Notes: generated from the sequence alone by a model not told the origin. A stretch of DNA of 64,000 bases from an uncultured Chloroflexia bacterium (GCA_963763775.1 CAVXPZ010000002.1:1-64000), one strand, 5' to 3'. Shown: positions 10,989 through 22,222, counted from the first letter of the stretch. A program made the numbers and translations.

Positions 10989-11963
10989 ATGACCGATCCA
11001 CGCGCGCTCCTCGACGACCTCCTCGAGATCCTGGTGTTCCCGTCCTTCACCCGGATCGGGTACGACGTGCGCCGCCGGCTCTTCGACTGGGACGACGTCG
11101 AGTCCTGGTCGATGGCCGGCCGGACCGTCGTGATCACCGGGCCGACATCCGGTCTCGGACGCGAGGCTGCCAGGTCGTTCGCCCGCATGGGCGCCGAGCT
11201 CGTGCTCGTCGGCCGCGACGCGGGACGCCTCGAGCGAACTCGCGCGGAGCTCGTGGGCGAGACCCCTGCAGCGAGCGTCACCGCCGTCGTGGCCGACATG
11301 GCGTCCCTCGACTCGGTCCGCGAGGCCACCGCGGAGATCCTCGACCGCGTTCCTCGCATCGACGTCCTCGTCGACAACGCCGGCGCGATGTTCGCGACGC
11401 GCGAGGTGACGAGCGCCGGCCTCGAGCGGACGCTCGCGACGATGGTGCTGGGACCGTTCGTCCTCGTCTCGCGGCTGTGGCCCCGGCTGGCCGAGAGCCC
11501 CGACGCCCGGATCGTCGCGGTGACCTCCGGCGGGATGTACACGCAGGCGCTGCACCTCGACGACCTCGGGTTCGAGCAGGGCACCTACGACGGCCCGCGT
11601 GCCTACGCGCGAGCCAAGCGCGCGCAGGTCGCCCTCGTCCGCGAGTGGGCGCGGCGACTGGCGCCCCGTGGCGTCGTCGTCAACGCGATGCATCCCGGCT
11701 GGGCCGACACGCCCGGTGTCCAGTCGTCGCTCCCTGGGTTCGCGGATCGCATCGGCGGACAGTTGCGAACGCCGGCCCAGGGCGCCGACACGATCGTCTG
11801 GCTGGCCGCGGCCCCGGACGCGGCTGGGACGACCGGCAAGGTCTTCCTCGACCGGCGGGTCCGGCCGTTCGACCGTGTCCCCTCGACGCGGGTCAGCGCC
11901 GCGGATCGTCGGGCCCTCTGGGATCAGGTCATCGCGATGACCGGCGAGGACCCCGGGGTCTGA
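10989..11963 (+). CDS. Short-chain dehydrogenase/reductase
   Basis: ITGPTSGLG, DNAG, YARAK, MHPGWADTPG. Confidence 0.9.
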   Translation: MTDPRALLDDLLEILVFPSFTRIGYDVRRRLFDWDDVESWSMAGRTVVITGPTSGLGREAARSFARMGAELVLVGRDAGRLERTRAELVGETPAASVTAVVADMASLDSVREATAEILDRVPRIDVLVDNAGAMFATREVTSAGLERTLATMVLGPFVLVSRLWPRLAESPDARIVAVTSGGMYTQALHLDDLGFEQGTYDGPRAYARAKRAQVALVREWARRLAPRGVVVNAMHPGWADTPGVQSSLPGFADRIGGQLRTPAQGADTIVWLAAAPDAAGTTGKVFLDRRVRPFDRVPSTRVSAADRRALWDQVIAMTGEDPGV

Positions 11964-12089
11964 GCCCTCGACGACGAGCGCGTCCGGCGGCGGGCCATCT
12001 CGCCGCGCTGGAGGCGGTCGATGCGGTTGACGCGAACGATCCCGCGCGCGTGCTGTCGAGCTACCCGGACGCCGTGCTGACCGACCGCC

Positions 12090-12992
12090 TCACGCGGGCC
12101 GTGGTCGCGGCGACGGGACGGCCGGGCTGAGGGCCCGCAGTCCCGGGATCACGTCCTCCGCGATCCGCCGAAAGGTCGCCATGCCGGCGGCGTCCGGCAG
12201 CACCGTCGTCGCATCCGTGAACCCGAGGCCCGCGTGCCGGCGGACGAACGCCTCGTACGTCGCCTCGGAGCGCAGGACGTCGGCGCTCGCCCAGGTCGAG
12301 CGGCGGATCTCGGCCGGGTCGCGCCCGATGGCCGCGCACGCCTCGTCGAGGTAGCGGATCCGCTCCTCGATCCCCCAGCCGACCCCGTCGGTCGCCGTCC
12401 CAGCCATCTCGGCGAAGGTGTCCCACTGGTCCGCGTACCTCGCCGCGATCCGGAGCATCCGCGGGCGGTGGGCCGCGATGAGGACCGGGATCCGCGGCTG
12501 CTGGATCGGGCGTGGCTCCAGCGGAGCGTCCTCCAGGCGGTAATAGCGTCCGTCGAAGGTCGTCCGTTCGTTGGCCATCAGGGCCGTGACGACATGGACC
12601 GCCTCCTCGAAGCGGTCGACGCGCTCCGCCGGCGCGGGCAGGTCGATCCCGTAGCGGCGGTGCTCATCGGCGTGCCAGCCCGTCCCGAGGCCCAGGATCA
12701 GGCGCCCGCCGCTGAGATGGTCGACCGTGACCGCGGACTTCAGCAGGATCGCGGGATGTCGGAACGTGTTGCTCGTCACGAGCACACCCAGGCGGATCCG
12801 CTGCGTCATGGTCGCCAGGGCCGCCAGCAGGGTCCAGCTCTCGAGGCACGGATGCTCGGGCGGCCCGTCCGTGTCCACGAGATGGTCGACGAGCCAGGCG
12901 TGGTCGAAGCCGAGGTCCTCGGCCATCGCGAACTCGTCGAGGACCTGCGAGAGCGGCTTGTTCGCCTGGCTCAGGAACAGCCCGAACCGCAC
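12090..12992 (-). CDS. LLM-class flavin-dependent oxidoreductase
   Basis: AEDLGFDHAWLVDH, RLGVLVTSNTFRHP, DHLSGGRLILGLGTGW. Confidence 0.9.
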   Translation of the reverse strand: MRFGLFLSQANKPLSQVLDEFAMAEDLGFDHAWLVDHLVDTDGPPEHPCLESWTLLAALATMTQRIRLGVLVTSNTFRHPAILLKSAVTVDHLSGGRLILGLGTGWHADEHRRYGIDLPAPAERVDRFEEAVHVVTALMANERTTFDGRYYRLEDAPLEPRPIQQPRIPVLIAAHRPRMLRIAARYADQWDTFAEMAGTATDGVGWGIEERIRYLDEACAAIGRDPAEIRRSTWASADVLRSEATYEAFVRRHAGLGFTDATTVLPDAAGMATFRRIAEDVIPGLRALSPAVPSPRPRPA

Positions 12993-13035
12993 CGTGACCT
13001 CAGTCGTCCGCGACGGGGCTGGTACGGTACCAGCC

Positions 13036-13066
13036 GGGAACGTTCACGGGAACGCTAACGCTTCCA
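13036..13066. promoter_or_regulatory. Tandem LacI-type operator-like sites in the divergent intergenic region
   Basis: GGGAACGTTCAC-GGGAACGCTAAC-GCTTCCA, CG-centred; upstream of sugar genes. Confidence 0.4.
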
Positions 13067-13208
13067 GCGGGCCGAGAAAAGCTTCGCATGACATCCCGTG
13101 CAGGGAGGACCGTGGCCAGCTACACGATCGGCGTGGATCTCGGAAGCGAATCCGGCCGCTGCAACGACGTCGCGTACCGCCTCGACGCGCGCCGGTAGGC
13201 CCGACCCG

Positions 13209-14195
13209 ATGACGGTCATGCCTGATCGGATGTCGGTCGCCCGGCTGCGGGCGCGCGGCGACATCCGCGTCGACCATGAGCCGCGTCCGGATCCCAGCGG
13301 GACGGACGTCCTCCTCCGCGTGACGAGCGTCGGCCTGTGCGGCTCCGATCGCCACTGGTTCGAGGACGGCGCGATCGGCGCCGCGGCGGTCCATGATCCG
13401 CTGGTGCTCGGTCACGAGTTCGCCGGCGTGATCGCGACCGGCGAGCGGGCCGGTCAGCGGGTCGTCGCCGATCCGGCCATCCCATGCGGACGATGCGGGA
13501 CGTGCGCCACCGGCCGCGTGGAGCTGTGCCCGAACGGGCGGTTCGCGGGCTATCCGGGGACCGACGGCGCGCTGCAGACGTACCTCGCGTGGCGACCGGA
13601 TCTGCTGTTGCCCGTGCCCGCCACGATCGACGACGACGAGTCGGCACTCCTCGAGCCACTGGGGATCGCCCTCCATGCCGTCCACCTCGCCGAGACGAAC
13701 CCGGGCGCCCGGGTCGCGGTCATCGGGGCCGGACCGATCGGCCAGCTCGTCGTCCGCGCCCTCGTCGCCGAGGGCATCACGGACATCGCCGTCGCGGAGC
13801 CGCTCGCCCATCGGATCGCGCTCGCGACGTCGGGCGGCGCTCGCCGGCTGAGGGACGACGACGAGGTGGACGTGGCGATCGAGACCGCCGGCGAGGATGC
13901 CGCCGTCGACGCGGCGGTGGGTCACGTCGCGCCTGGAGGCCGCGTGGTCCTGGTCGGGATCCCGAGCGACGACCGGACCACGTTCACGGCGTCGGTCGCG
14001 CGGCGGAAGGGCCTGACGCTCCAGCTCTGCCGTCGGATGCGACCGTCCGACCTGGCACGAGCCATCGATCTCGTCGGCGCCGGGGCGATCCGCCTGGACG
14101 GCCTGATCAGCCATCGATACGACCTCGCCGATGTCGCCGAGGCCTTTCAGGCGCTCATGCGCCGCGACGGTCACAAAGTGGTCGTGCACCCGTGA
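13209..14195 (+). CDS. Zn-dependent alcohol (sorbitol/iditol-type) dehydrogenase
   Basis: GLCGSD, LGHEFAG, CGRCGTC...C, GAGPIG. Confidence 0.9.
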   Translation: MTVMPDRMSVARLRARGDIRVDHEPRPDPSGTDVLLRVTSVGLCGSDRHWFEDGAIGAAAVHDPLVLGHEFAGVIATGERAGQRVVADPAIPCGRCGTCATGRVELCPNGRFAGYPGTDGALQTYLAWRPDLLLPVPATIDDDESALLEPLGIALHAVHLAETNPGARVAVIGAGPIGQLVVRALVAEGITDIAVAEPLAHRIALATSGGARRLRDDDEVDVAIETAGEDAAVDAAVGHVAPGGRVVLVGIPSDDRTTFTASVARRKGLTLQLCRRMRPSDLARAIDLVGAGAIRLDGLISHRYDLADVAEAFQALMRRDGHKVVVHP

Positions 14196-15019
14196 CGGCC
14201 GAACGGCTCATCCTCGAGGCGGGCGACGCGCGCCTGACGGTCAGCGCCGTCGACGGCGGCCGATTCAGCTCGCTCGTCGTCGACGGGCAGGAGCTGCTCG
14301 TGACGGAGGGTTTCGGCCCGATCCAGTGGGGCTGCTATCCGATGGTGCCCTTTGCCGGGCGGATCCGGCACGGCCGGTTCGCGTTCCGTGGCCGCGACGT
14401 CGTCCTGCCCATCAACATGGCACCACATGCCATCCATGGCACGGTCCTCGACCGAGCGTGGACCATCACCGGGTCGGACACGTTGGCGATCGACCTCGGA
14501 CCGGACTGGCCGTTCCCGGGACGCGTCACCCAGCGAGTCTCCCTGACCCGCGACGGCCTCGAAGCCTCGCTCACCGTCGAGGCCGATGCGCCGATGCCGG
14601 TCTCGATGGGCTGGCATCCGTGGTTCCGCCGACGCCTCACCGGGACGACGGAGCGGCCGACGCCCACGTCCGCGCCCGTGGAGCTCGACGTCGACGCGGC
14701 CACGATGCTGGTCCGTGACGCCGACGGCCTCCCGACGGGGCGGACGACGGCCCCGGGGCCACGACCGTGGGACGACTGCTTCACGGATCTGCGACGCCCG
14801 CCGGCCGTGACCTGGCCGGGCCACCTGCGCCTCGAGCTCGCGGCCGACACGGCGTTCTGGGTCGTGTACGACGAGCCCGTCGACGCGGTCTGCGTGGAAC
14901 CGCAGACGGCACCGCCGGACATCGTGAACCTCGCCCCGGCGGCCGGCCGCGAACCGCCGGTCGTGGAGCCGGGCCAGCCGCTCACGACCACCATGCGTTG
15001 GCGCTGGACGCGGCCCTGA
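14192..15019 (+). CDS. Aldose 1-epimerase family protein
   Basis: MVPFAGRI, HAIHG, GWHPWF, VCVEPQT. Confidence 0.85.
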   Translation: MTAERLILEAGDARLTVSAVDGGRFSSLVVDGQELLVTEGFGPIQWGCYPMVPFAGRIRHGRFAFRGRDVVLPINMAPHAIHGTVLDRAWTITGSDTLAIDLGPDWPFPGRVTQRVSLTRDGLEASLTVEADAPMPVSMGWHPWFRRRLTGTTERPTPTSAPVELDVDAATMLVRDADGLPTGRTTAPGPRPWDDCFTDLRRPPAVTWPGHLRLELAADTAFWVVYDEPVDAVCVEPQTAPPDIVNLAPAAGREPPVVEPGQPLTTTMRWRWTRP

Positions 15020-15103
15020 CCGTCCCCGGCGGCCAAACTCGCCGGTCCCCGTGACCCTACAGTTATCGCGAACGGGGCTGGAGATGACCGGAGGACGCGA
15101 GGG

Positions 15104-16034
15104 ATGACGGCTCAGGCGGGTGCGACAGCGACGAAGACCGACGAACCGGTCCTCGTGAAGCACGGCAACGCCTACAACATCTTCATCCTGGTCCTGACGA
15201 TCTTCTCGTTGATCGTCATGGTCCTGTTGCTCCTGCCGATCACTGACGCGGAACGGGAGCTCCTGCTGGTCTACGACAACGTCGCGTGCGTGATCTTCCT
15301 CATCGACTTCGCGGTCAACCTGCGCGGGGCGAAGCCAAAGCGCGCGTACTTCGTGGGTGCCCGAGGCTGGCTGGACCTCCTCGGCTCGATCCCGGACTTC
15401 GGCTTCTTCCCGGCCGCCGCCCTCTTCCGGCTGTTCCGCCTCAGCCGACTGGTCCGGATCACGACGCCTCATGCGCGGCCAGGCCGGCAAGGACCTCGTC
15501 CTCGACGTCCTCCAGAACCGCAGTCAGTACGCGATCTTCATCACGATCCTCGCGGCCGGGATCGTGCTCTCCACTGCGAGCATCCTCGTGCTGGAGTTCG
15601 AGAGCCGGACGAAGGGCGCCAATATCACGTCCGGTGGCGACGCCCTGTGGTGGGGCATCGTGACCCTCACGACCGTCGGCTACGGCGACTTCTACCCGAT
15701 CTCGACGGCCGGGCGGATCACCGGGGTGTTCGTGATGATCACGGGCGTCGGGATCATCGGCGCCCTCGCCAGCATCCTGGCGAGCATCCTGATCCCACCG
15801 GCGAAGGAGAAGACCCCCGAGGAGATCGCCGCCGAGGCGGCCGCGGACGCGGCGGAGGTCGCGGCCAAGGCCGCCGACGACGCGGCCGATACCGCCTCGT
15901 CGGCCGCGATCGCGACGGAGTTGGCCAACATCCGCGCCGAGCTGGCCGCCCTTCGGTCGGTCATCGTCGCCCCGGGGGGATCCGCGCCGGGAGCCGCAGC
16001 ACCGCCGAGCCCGGGCGACGCCCCTACCGGGTGA
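15104..16034 (+). CDS. Voltage-gated-type potassium channel (6TM; frameshift near 15465)
   Basis: S4-like RLFRLSRLVRI; pore WWGIVTLTTVGYGD. Confidence 0.88.
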
Positions 16035-17400
16035 GTCGCTCCAGGAGGTCGCCCCAGGCGCCGAGGTAGGCGTCGACGTCCTCGTCGGCCGCGGGCACGG
16101 AGCAGACCGGCCCGGCACCGACGATCGCCTCCCACACGCCCCGGTTCGCGAGCCAGATCCGGATCAGCCGCGTCAGCAGGTCGTCCTGGCACGCCCGCGC
16201 CTCGGCCGCGTCGTGGACCGGCGTGGGTCGGAACGTGTACCCAGCCCGGGGACCGAGGTGGTGGATGTGCCACGGCAGCCCGGTCCGGGCGACCGAGGCG
16301 CGCATCCCGTCGGCCAGCCGCGCCCCCAGCCGCTGGGTGCTCGCATAGGCATCGGGGGTCAGGATCTCGGTCAGGGTCGCGCGGGCGGCCGCCATCGAGA
16401 GCGCGTTCCCGAAGAGCGTGCCGCCGATGGCCACGAGGTTCGAGCGCTCGCCATCGGGGCCTTTCACCTGTCGGAGGTGCTCGGCGATCGCGTCGGTCAT
16501 GCCCCACGCCCCGAACGGCACCCCGCCGGCGATCGACTTGCCGCACGTGATCAGGTCGGGCTCCAGTCCCCACTGGGCCGTGAGTCCGCCGGCGCCGACG
16601 ACCTGCGTGTGCGTCTCGTCGATGGCGAGCAGCGTGCCGGTCTCTCGCGTCAGCCGTCGGAGCGCGTCGTGGTACCCGGCGTCCGGCAGGATCAGGCCGA
16701 AGTTGTTCGTGAGGGCCGGCTCGGTCAGGACGAGCGCGACGTCCCGGCGCTCGAGCGCCCGCGCCAGCGCCTCGAGGTCGTTGAGCGGCACGAGGACGGT
16801 CTGCTCCGTCACGGCCGACGGGACGCCGCGTTCCTCCGCCACGGGACGGCCATCGTCGTCGAGCTCGACGAGGGCCTGATCGAAGTGCCCGAGGTAGTGA
16901 CCGTCGAACAGCAGCACCTTGTCCCGACCGGTCGCGACGCGGGCGACCCGGATCGCCTCCGTGTTGGCCTGGCTCGCGGACAGCGTGTACTGCCATTTGG
17001 GCAGGCCGAACCGACGCGCGAGCTCCTCGGAGACGACGATCGCGTCCTCGTTCGGGAGCAGGAACTGGTGACCGCGGGCGATCCGATCGCTGACCGCCCG
17101 GACGAGCGGCTCGGGTGCGTACCCGCAGAACATCGAGAGGTCCGCGATGTTGAAGTCGGCGTACGTGTGCCCGTCGACGTCGGTGAACCGGGCGCCGCGG
17201 CCCTCGGCGACCCATGGCGGGGCATCGTGGTAGCTGCTCATGTGCCACGCCATCGGGACGCCGTTGGGCATCGACCGACGGGCTCGCTCGCGCAGGGCCG
17301 CCGAACGCGGGTGCTCGTCCCGGAACCTCGCGTCCTCGGCGTTCTTGATGGCGCGCACGAGATCGCGTTCGACGGTCGGGGTGGATGGAGCGGTCGGCAT
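16024..17400 (-). CDS. Class III PLP aminotransferase (GSA-aminomutase-like)
   Basis: MPNGVP, GARFTDVDG, LAIDETHT, CGKSIAGG, GTLFGNAL. Confidence 0.88.
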   Translation of the reverse strand: MPTAPSTPTVERDLVRAIKNAEDARFRDEHPRSAALRERARRSMPNGVPMAWHMSSYHDAPPWVAEGRGARFTDVDGHTYADFNIADLSMFCGYAPEPLVRAVSDRIARGHQFLLPNEDAIVVSEELARRFGLPKWQYTLSASQANTEAIRVARVATGRDKVLLFDGHYLGHFDQALVELDDDGRPVAEERGVPSAVTEQTVLVPLNDLEALARALERRDVALVLTEPALTNNFGLILPDAGYHDALRRLTRETGTLLAIDETHTQVVGAGGLTAQWGLEPDLITCGKSIAGGVPFGAWGMTDAIAEHLRQVKGPDGERSNLVAIGGTLFGNALSMAAARATLTEILTPDAYASTQRLGARLADGMRASVARTGLPWHIHHLGPRAGYTFRPTPVHDAAEARACQDDLLTRLIRIWLANRGVWEAIVGAGPVCSVPAADEDVDAYLGAWGDLLERLTR

Positions 17401-17524
17401 GGCGGCGATGATAGGGGGCGCGGCGCTCAGGACGCCCGGACGCACGAGGCGACGCGTGCGGTAGGCTCACGACCGCGACGCGACAGCGCGCCCGGGCAGG
17501 GTCAGGTCAAGGGATGGAGGCTGG

Positions 17525-19057
17525 ATGCGGCCGAAGCTGACGGTCCTCGACGACGATCTCATCGCGGACATCCTCGAAGAGGCCAAGCGCGTGCTGGCGA
17601 CCGTCGGGATGGAGATCCGTGGGCCCGGGATGCGGCAGCGGCTGCTCGATCACGGCCTGCCGCTCGACGCGAAGGGCGAACGCGTCCTCTTCCCGCGCGA
17701 CGTCGTCGAGCGCGCCATCGCGGATGCACCGAAGGCCTTCACGCTCTTCGACCGCGACGGCAACCCGCACGCCGACCTGGGCGGTGACCGCGTCCACTTC
17801 GTCCCGGGCTCGTCCGGCCTGAAGGTCCTCGACTACCGGACCGGGGAGACGCGGCTCGCGAACTCCACGGACTTCGTCGAGTACATCCGTGTCGGCGACG
17901 GGCTGGCGAACATCCCATACCTCGCCACGGCCTTCTCGACGAACAACGACATCGAAGCCCAGGTCTCGGACGCCTGGCGCCTGTACATGGCGCTCATGAA
18001 CTCGAAGAAGCCGATCGTCTCCGGCGCCTTCACCGAGCACGGCGTGCCCCGGATGGTCGAGATGATGCAGCTGTTCCGCGCGGACCGGGCGGACCTGATC
18101 GCGCGGCCGATGAGCATCTTCACCATCACCGCGACCGGCAACTTCCGGTACAGCGAGGACTCGTGCCAGAACATGATCGACTGCGTCGAGGCGGGCGTGC
18201 CGGTCGAGATCGTGCCGGTCACGCTGATGGGCCTCATCGCGCCGGTCACGATCGTGGGAGCCACCGTCTTCCACACGGTCGACGTCCTGGCGGGGATCAC
18301 GATGGCGCAGGTGATCCGTCCTGGCGCGCCCGTGCTGTTCGGCGGCGCCCCGGCCACGTTCCACATGAAGATCGCGAGCTCGCCGATGTCGGCGATCGAG
18401 GCGCTCCAGCTCGACGCCGCCTATGTCGCGGTCGCGAAGGCGCTCGACCTGCCCTGCCAGGCGTACATGGCCCTCTCGGACGGCCCGATCCTCGATGCCC
18501 AGGCCGGGGCCGAGACGTTCGGCAGCGCGCTGATCGCCGCGCTCGCGGGGGTCAACTCCGTCTCGGGTCCAGGGATGCTCGACTTCCTGCTGGTCTTCAA
18601 CCTGCCGAAGCTCGTCTTCGATGACGAGATGTGCGGCCAGGCCCTGCGCTTCGTCCGCGAGATCCATCCCGTCGACGACCTGCCGGTCGGGCCGCTCATC
18701 GACCAGCTGATGGCCGACCAGCACCTGATCATGGCCGACCACACGATGGCCCACTGGCCGGACGAGCTGTATCTGCCCTCGTCGATCGTCGACCGCGACA
18801 ACCGCGAGCAGTGGACGAAGCTCGGCGCGAAGGACACGTACCAGCGCGCCTGCGAGGAGGTGGACCGACGCCTCGGCACCTACCGCCAGCCGGCCACGGA
18901 CCCACTGGTGGACCTCGAGCTGCAGCGGATCATCCGGTCCGGTCTCGTCGCCCAGACCGAGCTTCCCGTCCTGCCGCCGGCCCTGGAGCCGACCGAGGAG
19001 GCCCTGGCGGCAGGCGCCGCCCCCGCGCGTCGACGGAACCCTCGCCGTGGCGGCTGA
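17525..19057 (+). CDS. MttB-family (trimethylamine methyltransferase-like) protein, no in-frame amber codon
   Basis: [44 protein letters not shown]. Confidence 0.88.
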   Translation: MRPKLTVLDDDLIADILEEAKRVLATVGMEIRGPGMRQRLLDHGLPLDAKGERVLFPRDVVERAIADAPKAFTLFDRDGNPHADLGGDRVHFVPGSSGLKVLDYRTGETRLANSTDFVEYIRVGDGLANIPYLATAFSTNNDIEAQVSDAWRLYMALMNSKKPIVSGAFTEHGVPRMVEMMQLFRADRADLIARPMSIFTITATGNFRYSEDSCQNMIDCVEAGVPVEIVPVTLMGLIAPVTIVGATVFHTVDVLAGITMAQVIRPGAPVLFGGAPATFHMKIASSPMSAIEALQLDAAYVAVAKALDLPCQAYMALSDGPILDAQAGAETFGSALIAALAGVNSVSGPGMLDFLLVFNLPKLVFDDEMCGQALRFVREIHPVDDLPVGPLIDQLMADQHLIMADHTMAHWPDELYLPSSIVDRDNREQWTKLGAKDTYQRACEEVDRRLGTYRQPATDPLVDLELQRIIRSGLVAQTELPVLPPALEPTEEALAAGAAPARRRNPRRGG

Positions 19058-20269
19058 TCGGGCGACGCCGGCGGCCGCCGACCCCCGGGTCGGGCTGAGC
19101 CTCTTCGACCCGACGATCCGCCTGCCGGCGTTCGTCCTCCGAGAGGCCGCGCTGGCCCACGACATCGCAGTGCTGGCCGACTTCTGCCGCGACCGAGACA
19201 TCAGCTTCGCCCCGCACGGCAAGACGACGATGTCGCCGGCGATCTTCCGACGACAGGCCGAGGCCGGCGCGTGGGCGATCACGGTGGCGCATCCGTGGCA
19301 GGCCGAGGTCGCGCTCGATGCGGGCATCGAGCGGATCCTCATCGCCAACGAGGTCGTCGACGACGCCGGGCTGGACTGGATCGGCGACGTCCTCGACCGG
19401 CCCGGACCGGAGCTGCTGGTCCTGGCAGACTCGGTGGCCGGTGTCGAACGGATGGCGCGACGACTCCACGGCCGTCGGCGGCCGCTGGCGGTCCTCGTCG
19501 ACATCGGGATGGCCGGCGGCCGGACCGGGGTCCGCACCGCCGACGAGGCCGAGGCGGTCGCCCTCGCGGTGGACCGCGCCGAGCGCGCTCCAGCTCGCGG
19601 GCGTCTCGCTGTACGAGGGCGTCGTCAGCGGCGCGACACAGGAAGCCCGTGAGGCCGCCGTCCGAGGCGATGACCGACCTCACCCGCGAGGTGGTCGCCC
19701 GACTCGAGCCACTCCTCGGCCGCGCCGGCATCGACGAGATCGTCGTGACCGGCGGCGGGAGCACCTACCCGGACGTCGTGGCCGATTCCCTTCGGGAGCC
19801 GTGGAGCACGGCTCTCCCCGTGCGAGTCGTCCTGCGGAGCGGGGCGTACATCACGCACGACCACGGGATCTACGAGCGCGGCTCGCCGTTCGGGATGCGC
19901 GCCGCACCCGGTGCGCCCCGGCTCGAGCCGGCCATCGAGGTCTGGGCGCCGCTCCTCTCCGCCCCGGAACCCGGGCTCGCGATCGCGGGGGCCGGGCGAC
20001 GCGACCTGCCGGTGGACCAGGACCTCCCGGTGGTCATCAAGGTCCGCGACACCTCGGGCCGGGCGCGCGCCGCCGAGCCCGGGTTCACCGTCACGAAGCT
20101 CAACGACCAGCACGCGTTCATCGCGCTCGCGGACGGCGCCCATGTCGAGGTGGGCGACCTGGTGGCCTTCGGGATCTCCCATCCCTGCACGGCGTTCCAG
20201 CTCTGGCGGGAGGCCCTCGTCGTCGACGCCGACGACCGGATCACGGACGTCTACGAACTCCGGTTCTGA
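19047..20269 (+). CDS. Alanine-racemase-fold PLP enzyme (D-serine dehydratase / D-amino-acid deaminase-like; frameshifts)
   Basis: [42 protein letters not shown]. Confidence 0.85.
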
Positions 20270-20760
20270 ACCGGCTCGTCGGTGAGCTCTCCACCGCGGA
20301 CGGTGGCCCCGAGGACGATCGCGGCGGACACCAGCACGATGTTCTTGATGATGTACTGGCCCTCGAGGGTGGGGACGAGGGGGAACCGCACCCAGGTCTC
20401 GGCCGGGAAGAGGAACAGCGGCGTCACGGTCCCGAGCATCTGCACGAACAGCAGCGCCAGGGTCACGCGCATCCACCGTCCGACCAGCAGCCCGACGCCG
20501 ATGGCGACCTCCCAAAGGGCCAGGATCGGCACGGCCACCGACGCCGGCACGACCCCGAACGTCAGGGTCTCGATGGTCCGCCCCGCCAGGACCTCGGCCG
20601 GGCTGACACCGGGGATGAGCTTCAGCGCCCCGAACCACAGGAAGACGATCCCGAGCGCGACGCGCAGCAGCGTCAACCCGTGATCGGCCATCCAGCCGGT
20701 GACCCGGCGGTCGACCCGGTCGAACCGCTCCGTCGTCGCGACCACCCTCGTGACCTCCAT
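20251..20760 (-). CDS. DoxX family membrane protein
   Basis: LRVALGIVFLWFGALK; TLEGQYIIKNIVL. Confidence 0.8.
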   Translation of the reverse strand: MEVTRVVATTERFDRVDRRVTGWMADHGLTLLRVALGIVFLWFGALKLIPGVSPAEVLAGRTIETLTFGVVPASVAVPILALWEVAIGVGLLVGRWMRVTLALLFVQMLGTVTPLFLFPAETWVRFPLVPTLEGQYIIKNIVLVSAAIVLGATVRGGELTDEPVQNRSS

Positions 20761-20804
20761 CTACGTCACGAGGGTTGTAGCACGAGTCGCGCCGAGGCGC
20801 TCCC

Positions 20805-21455
20805 CTAGTCGCCGATGGGCTGGCGGACGAGGATCACGGTCGTGCGCGGCGAGAACTCGCCGTTGACGATCAGGATCTTGTTGATCGAGCTGCGCATCCC
20901 GTACGCCTCCTGCAGCCGCACGTCTTCGAGCGGATAGCTGTAGGTCTCGATCCGGCGGAGCGCCGTCTCCAGGTCCGGGACGATCTTCTGGGACCCGACC
21001 ACGAGATAGACGTGCCCCGCGCCCGCGGCGATCGGACCGAGCTGACTGCCGCCGAACGAGGCCCCGACCAGCTTCCCGTCCTCGGTGACGGCCTGGATGC
21101 TGTTGACGTAGTGGTCCGGGGCCGCCCCGAGCTTGCGGATCAGGTCGCCCTGCGTCCGCCGGTCCATCGACCGAAGCCGCGGCCGGAGTGGGACGTAGTC
21201 GCCCGACCCCTCGAGGATCGCGCTCAGGCCGATCCCGTCGATCGTCTTCGAGGCGCCGCCGTGCACCTCGGCGCCGGTCGGGATGCGGCCGAGGACCAGG
21301 TCGCGAGCGGCATCGCCGTCCTCGACGATCTCGACCTCGATGTTGTGGGCACGCAGCGCCTCCGCGGTCCGCTCGATGGCGGCATCGGTGGCGGGTTCGG
21401 CGAAGGTCGCGTCGTACGGGAGTCGTTCGATGGCTGGCGGTGTCGCGAGGGTCAT
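20805..21455 (-). CDS. LUD (lactate-utilisation) domain protein
   Basis: SIQAVTEDGKLV, VVGSQKIVPDLETALRRI. Confidence 0.8.
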   Translation of the reverse strand: MTLATPPAIERLPYDATFAEPATDAAIERTAEALRAHNIEVEIVEDGDAARDLVLGRIPTGAEVHGGASKTIDGIGLSAILEGSGDYVPLRPRLRSMDRRTQGDLIRKLGAAPDHYVNSIQAVTEDGKLVGASFGGSQLGPIAAGAGHVYLVVGSQKIVPDLETALRRIETYSYPLEDVRLQEAYGMRSSINKILIVNGEFSPRTTVILVRQPIGD

Positions 21456-21481
21456 GTCGCTGGGGCCTCAGGTGCTGTGTC

Positions 21482-21523
21482 GTTGACCACGCAACGATAT
21501 GCCCAGGTTGGTTGCGTGTCAAA
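21482..21523 (-). promoter_or_regulatory. Sigma70-type promoter overlapped by palindromic operator(s)
   Basis: Minus strand TTGACA (21522-21517), 17 bp spacer, TATCGT (21499-21494). GTTGCGTGGTCAAC palindrome and a related site over the -35. Confidence 0.6.
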
Positions 21524-21667
21524 CACCGACGTGGGCGGCGAGGAGGCCCGGGCCGCCCGCATCCTCGATCCTCGACTCGAGGCGAGATCGAAGATCGAAC
21601 CCTTGGCCCCTCGACACCCTCTTCATGCTATGCGCGTCCGAAGGGCGCGTCGGACGAGGGAGGTCCC

Positions 21668-22222
21668 GTGGACCGTCGGTTGGTCGAACTGGCGCAAGGA
21701 GGCGACGAAGACGCCTTCGACACGCTCGTCCGCATCACCGGCGACCGCTGCCTCGGCATCGCGTATCGGATCCTGCGCGACGTCGACCTCGCCGAAGATG
21801 CGGTGCAGACCGCCTATGTCAGCGCCTGGCGGGAGTTGCGGTCGCTCCGCGATCCCGACCGGTTCGAGGCGTGGCTGCATCGGACCCTTGCCAGGGCCTG
21901 CTACGAGGAGGCGAGGCAGACGCGTCGCTTCGCCGCCAACGTCCGTGCCCTGCCCATCGAATCGACGTATGCCCCCGATGGCGCCATCGGGGTCGTCGAA
22001 CGCGATCAGCTCGATCGGGGGATCCGCCGGATCCCGGTCGAGCAGCGGATCGTCCTCGTCTTCCATCACTACCTCGGGCTGACGCTGCCCGAGATCGCCG
22101 ACCGCCTCGATCTCCCGATCGGGACGGTCAAGTCCCGCCTGTTCTATGCCGCCTCGGCGATGCGAGCCGTCCTCGAGGCGGATGACCGACCGACCACCAC
22201 GTCACGGGAGCGTCCCGCATGA
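21668..22222 (+). CDS. ECF sigma factor
   Basis: DLAEDAVQ, RFEAWLHR, EIADRLDLPIGTVKSRL. Confidence 0.92.
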   Translation: MDRRLVELAQGGDEDAFDTLVRITGDRCLGIAYRILRDVDLAEDAVQTAYVSAWRELRSLRDPDRFEAWLHRTLARACYEEARQTRRFAANVRALPIESTYAPDGAIGVVERDQLDRGIRRIPVEQRIVLVFHHYLGLTLPEIADRLDLPIGTVKSRLFYAASAMRAVLEADDRPTTTSRERPA

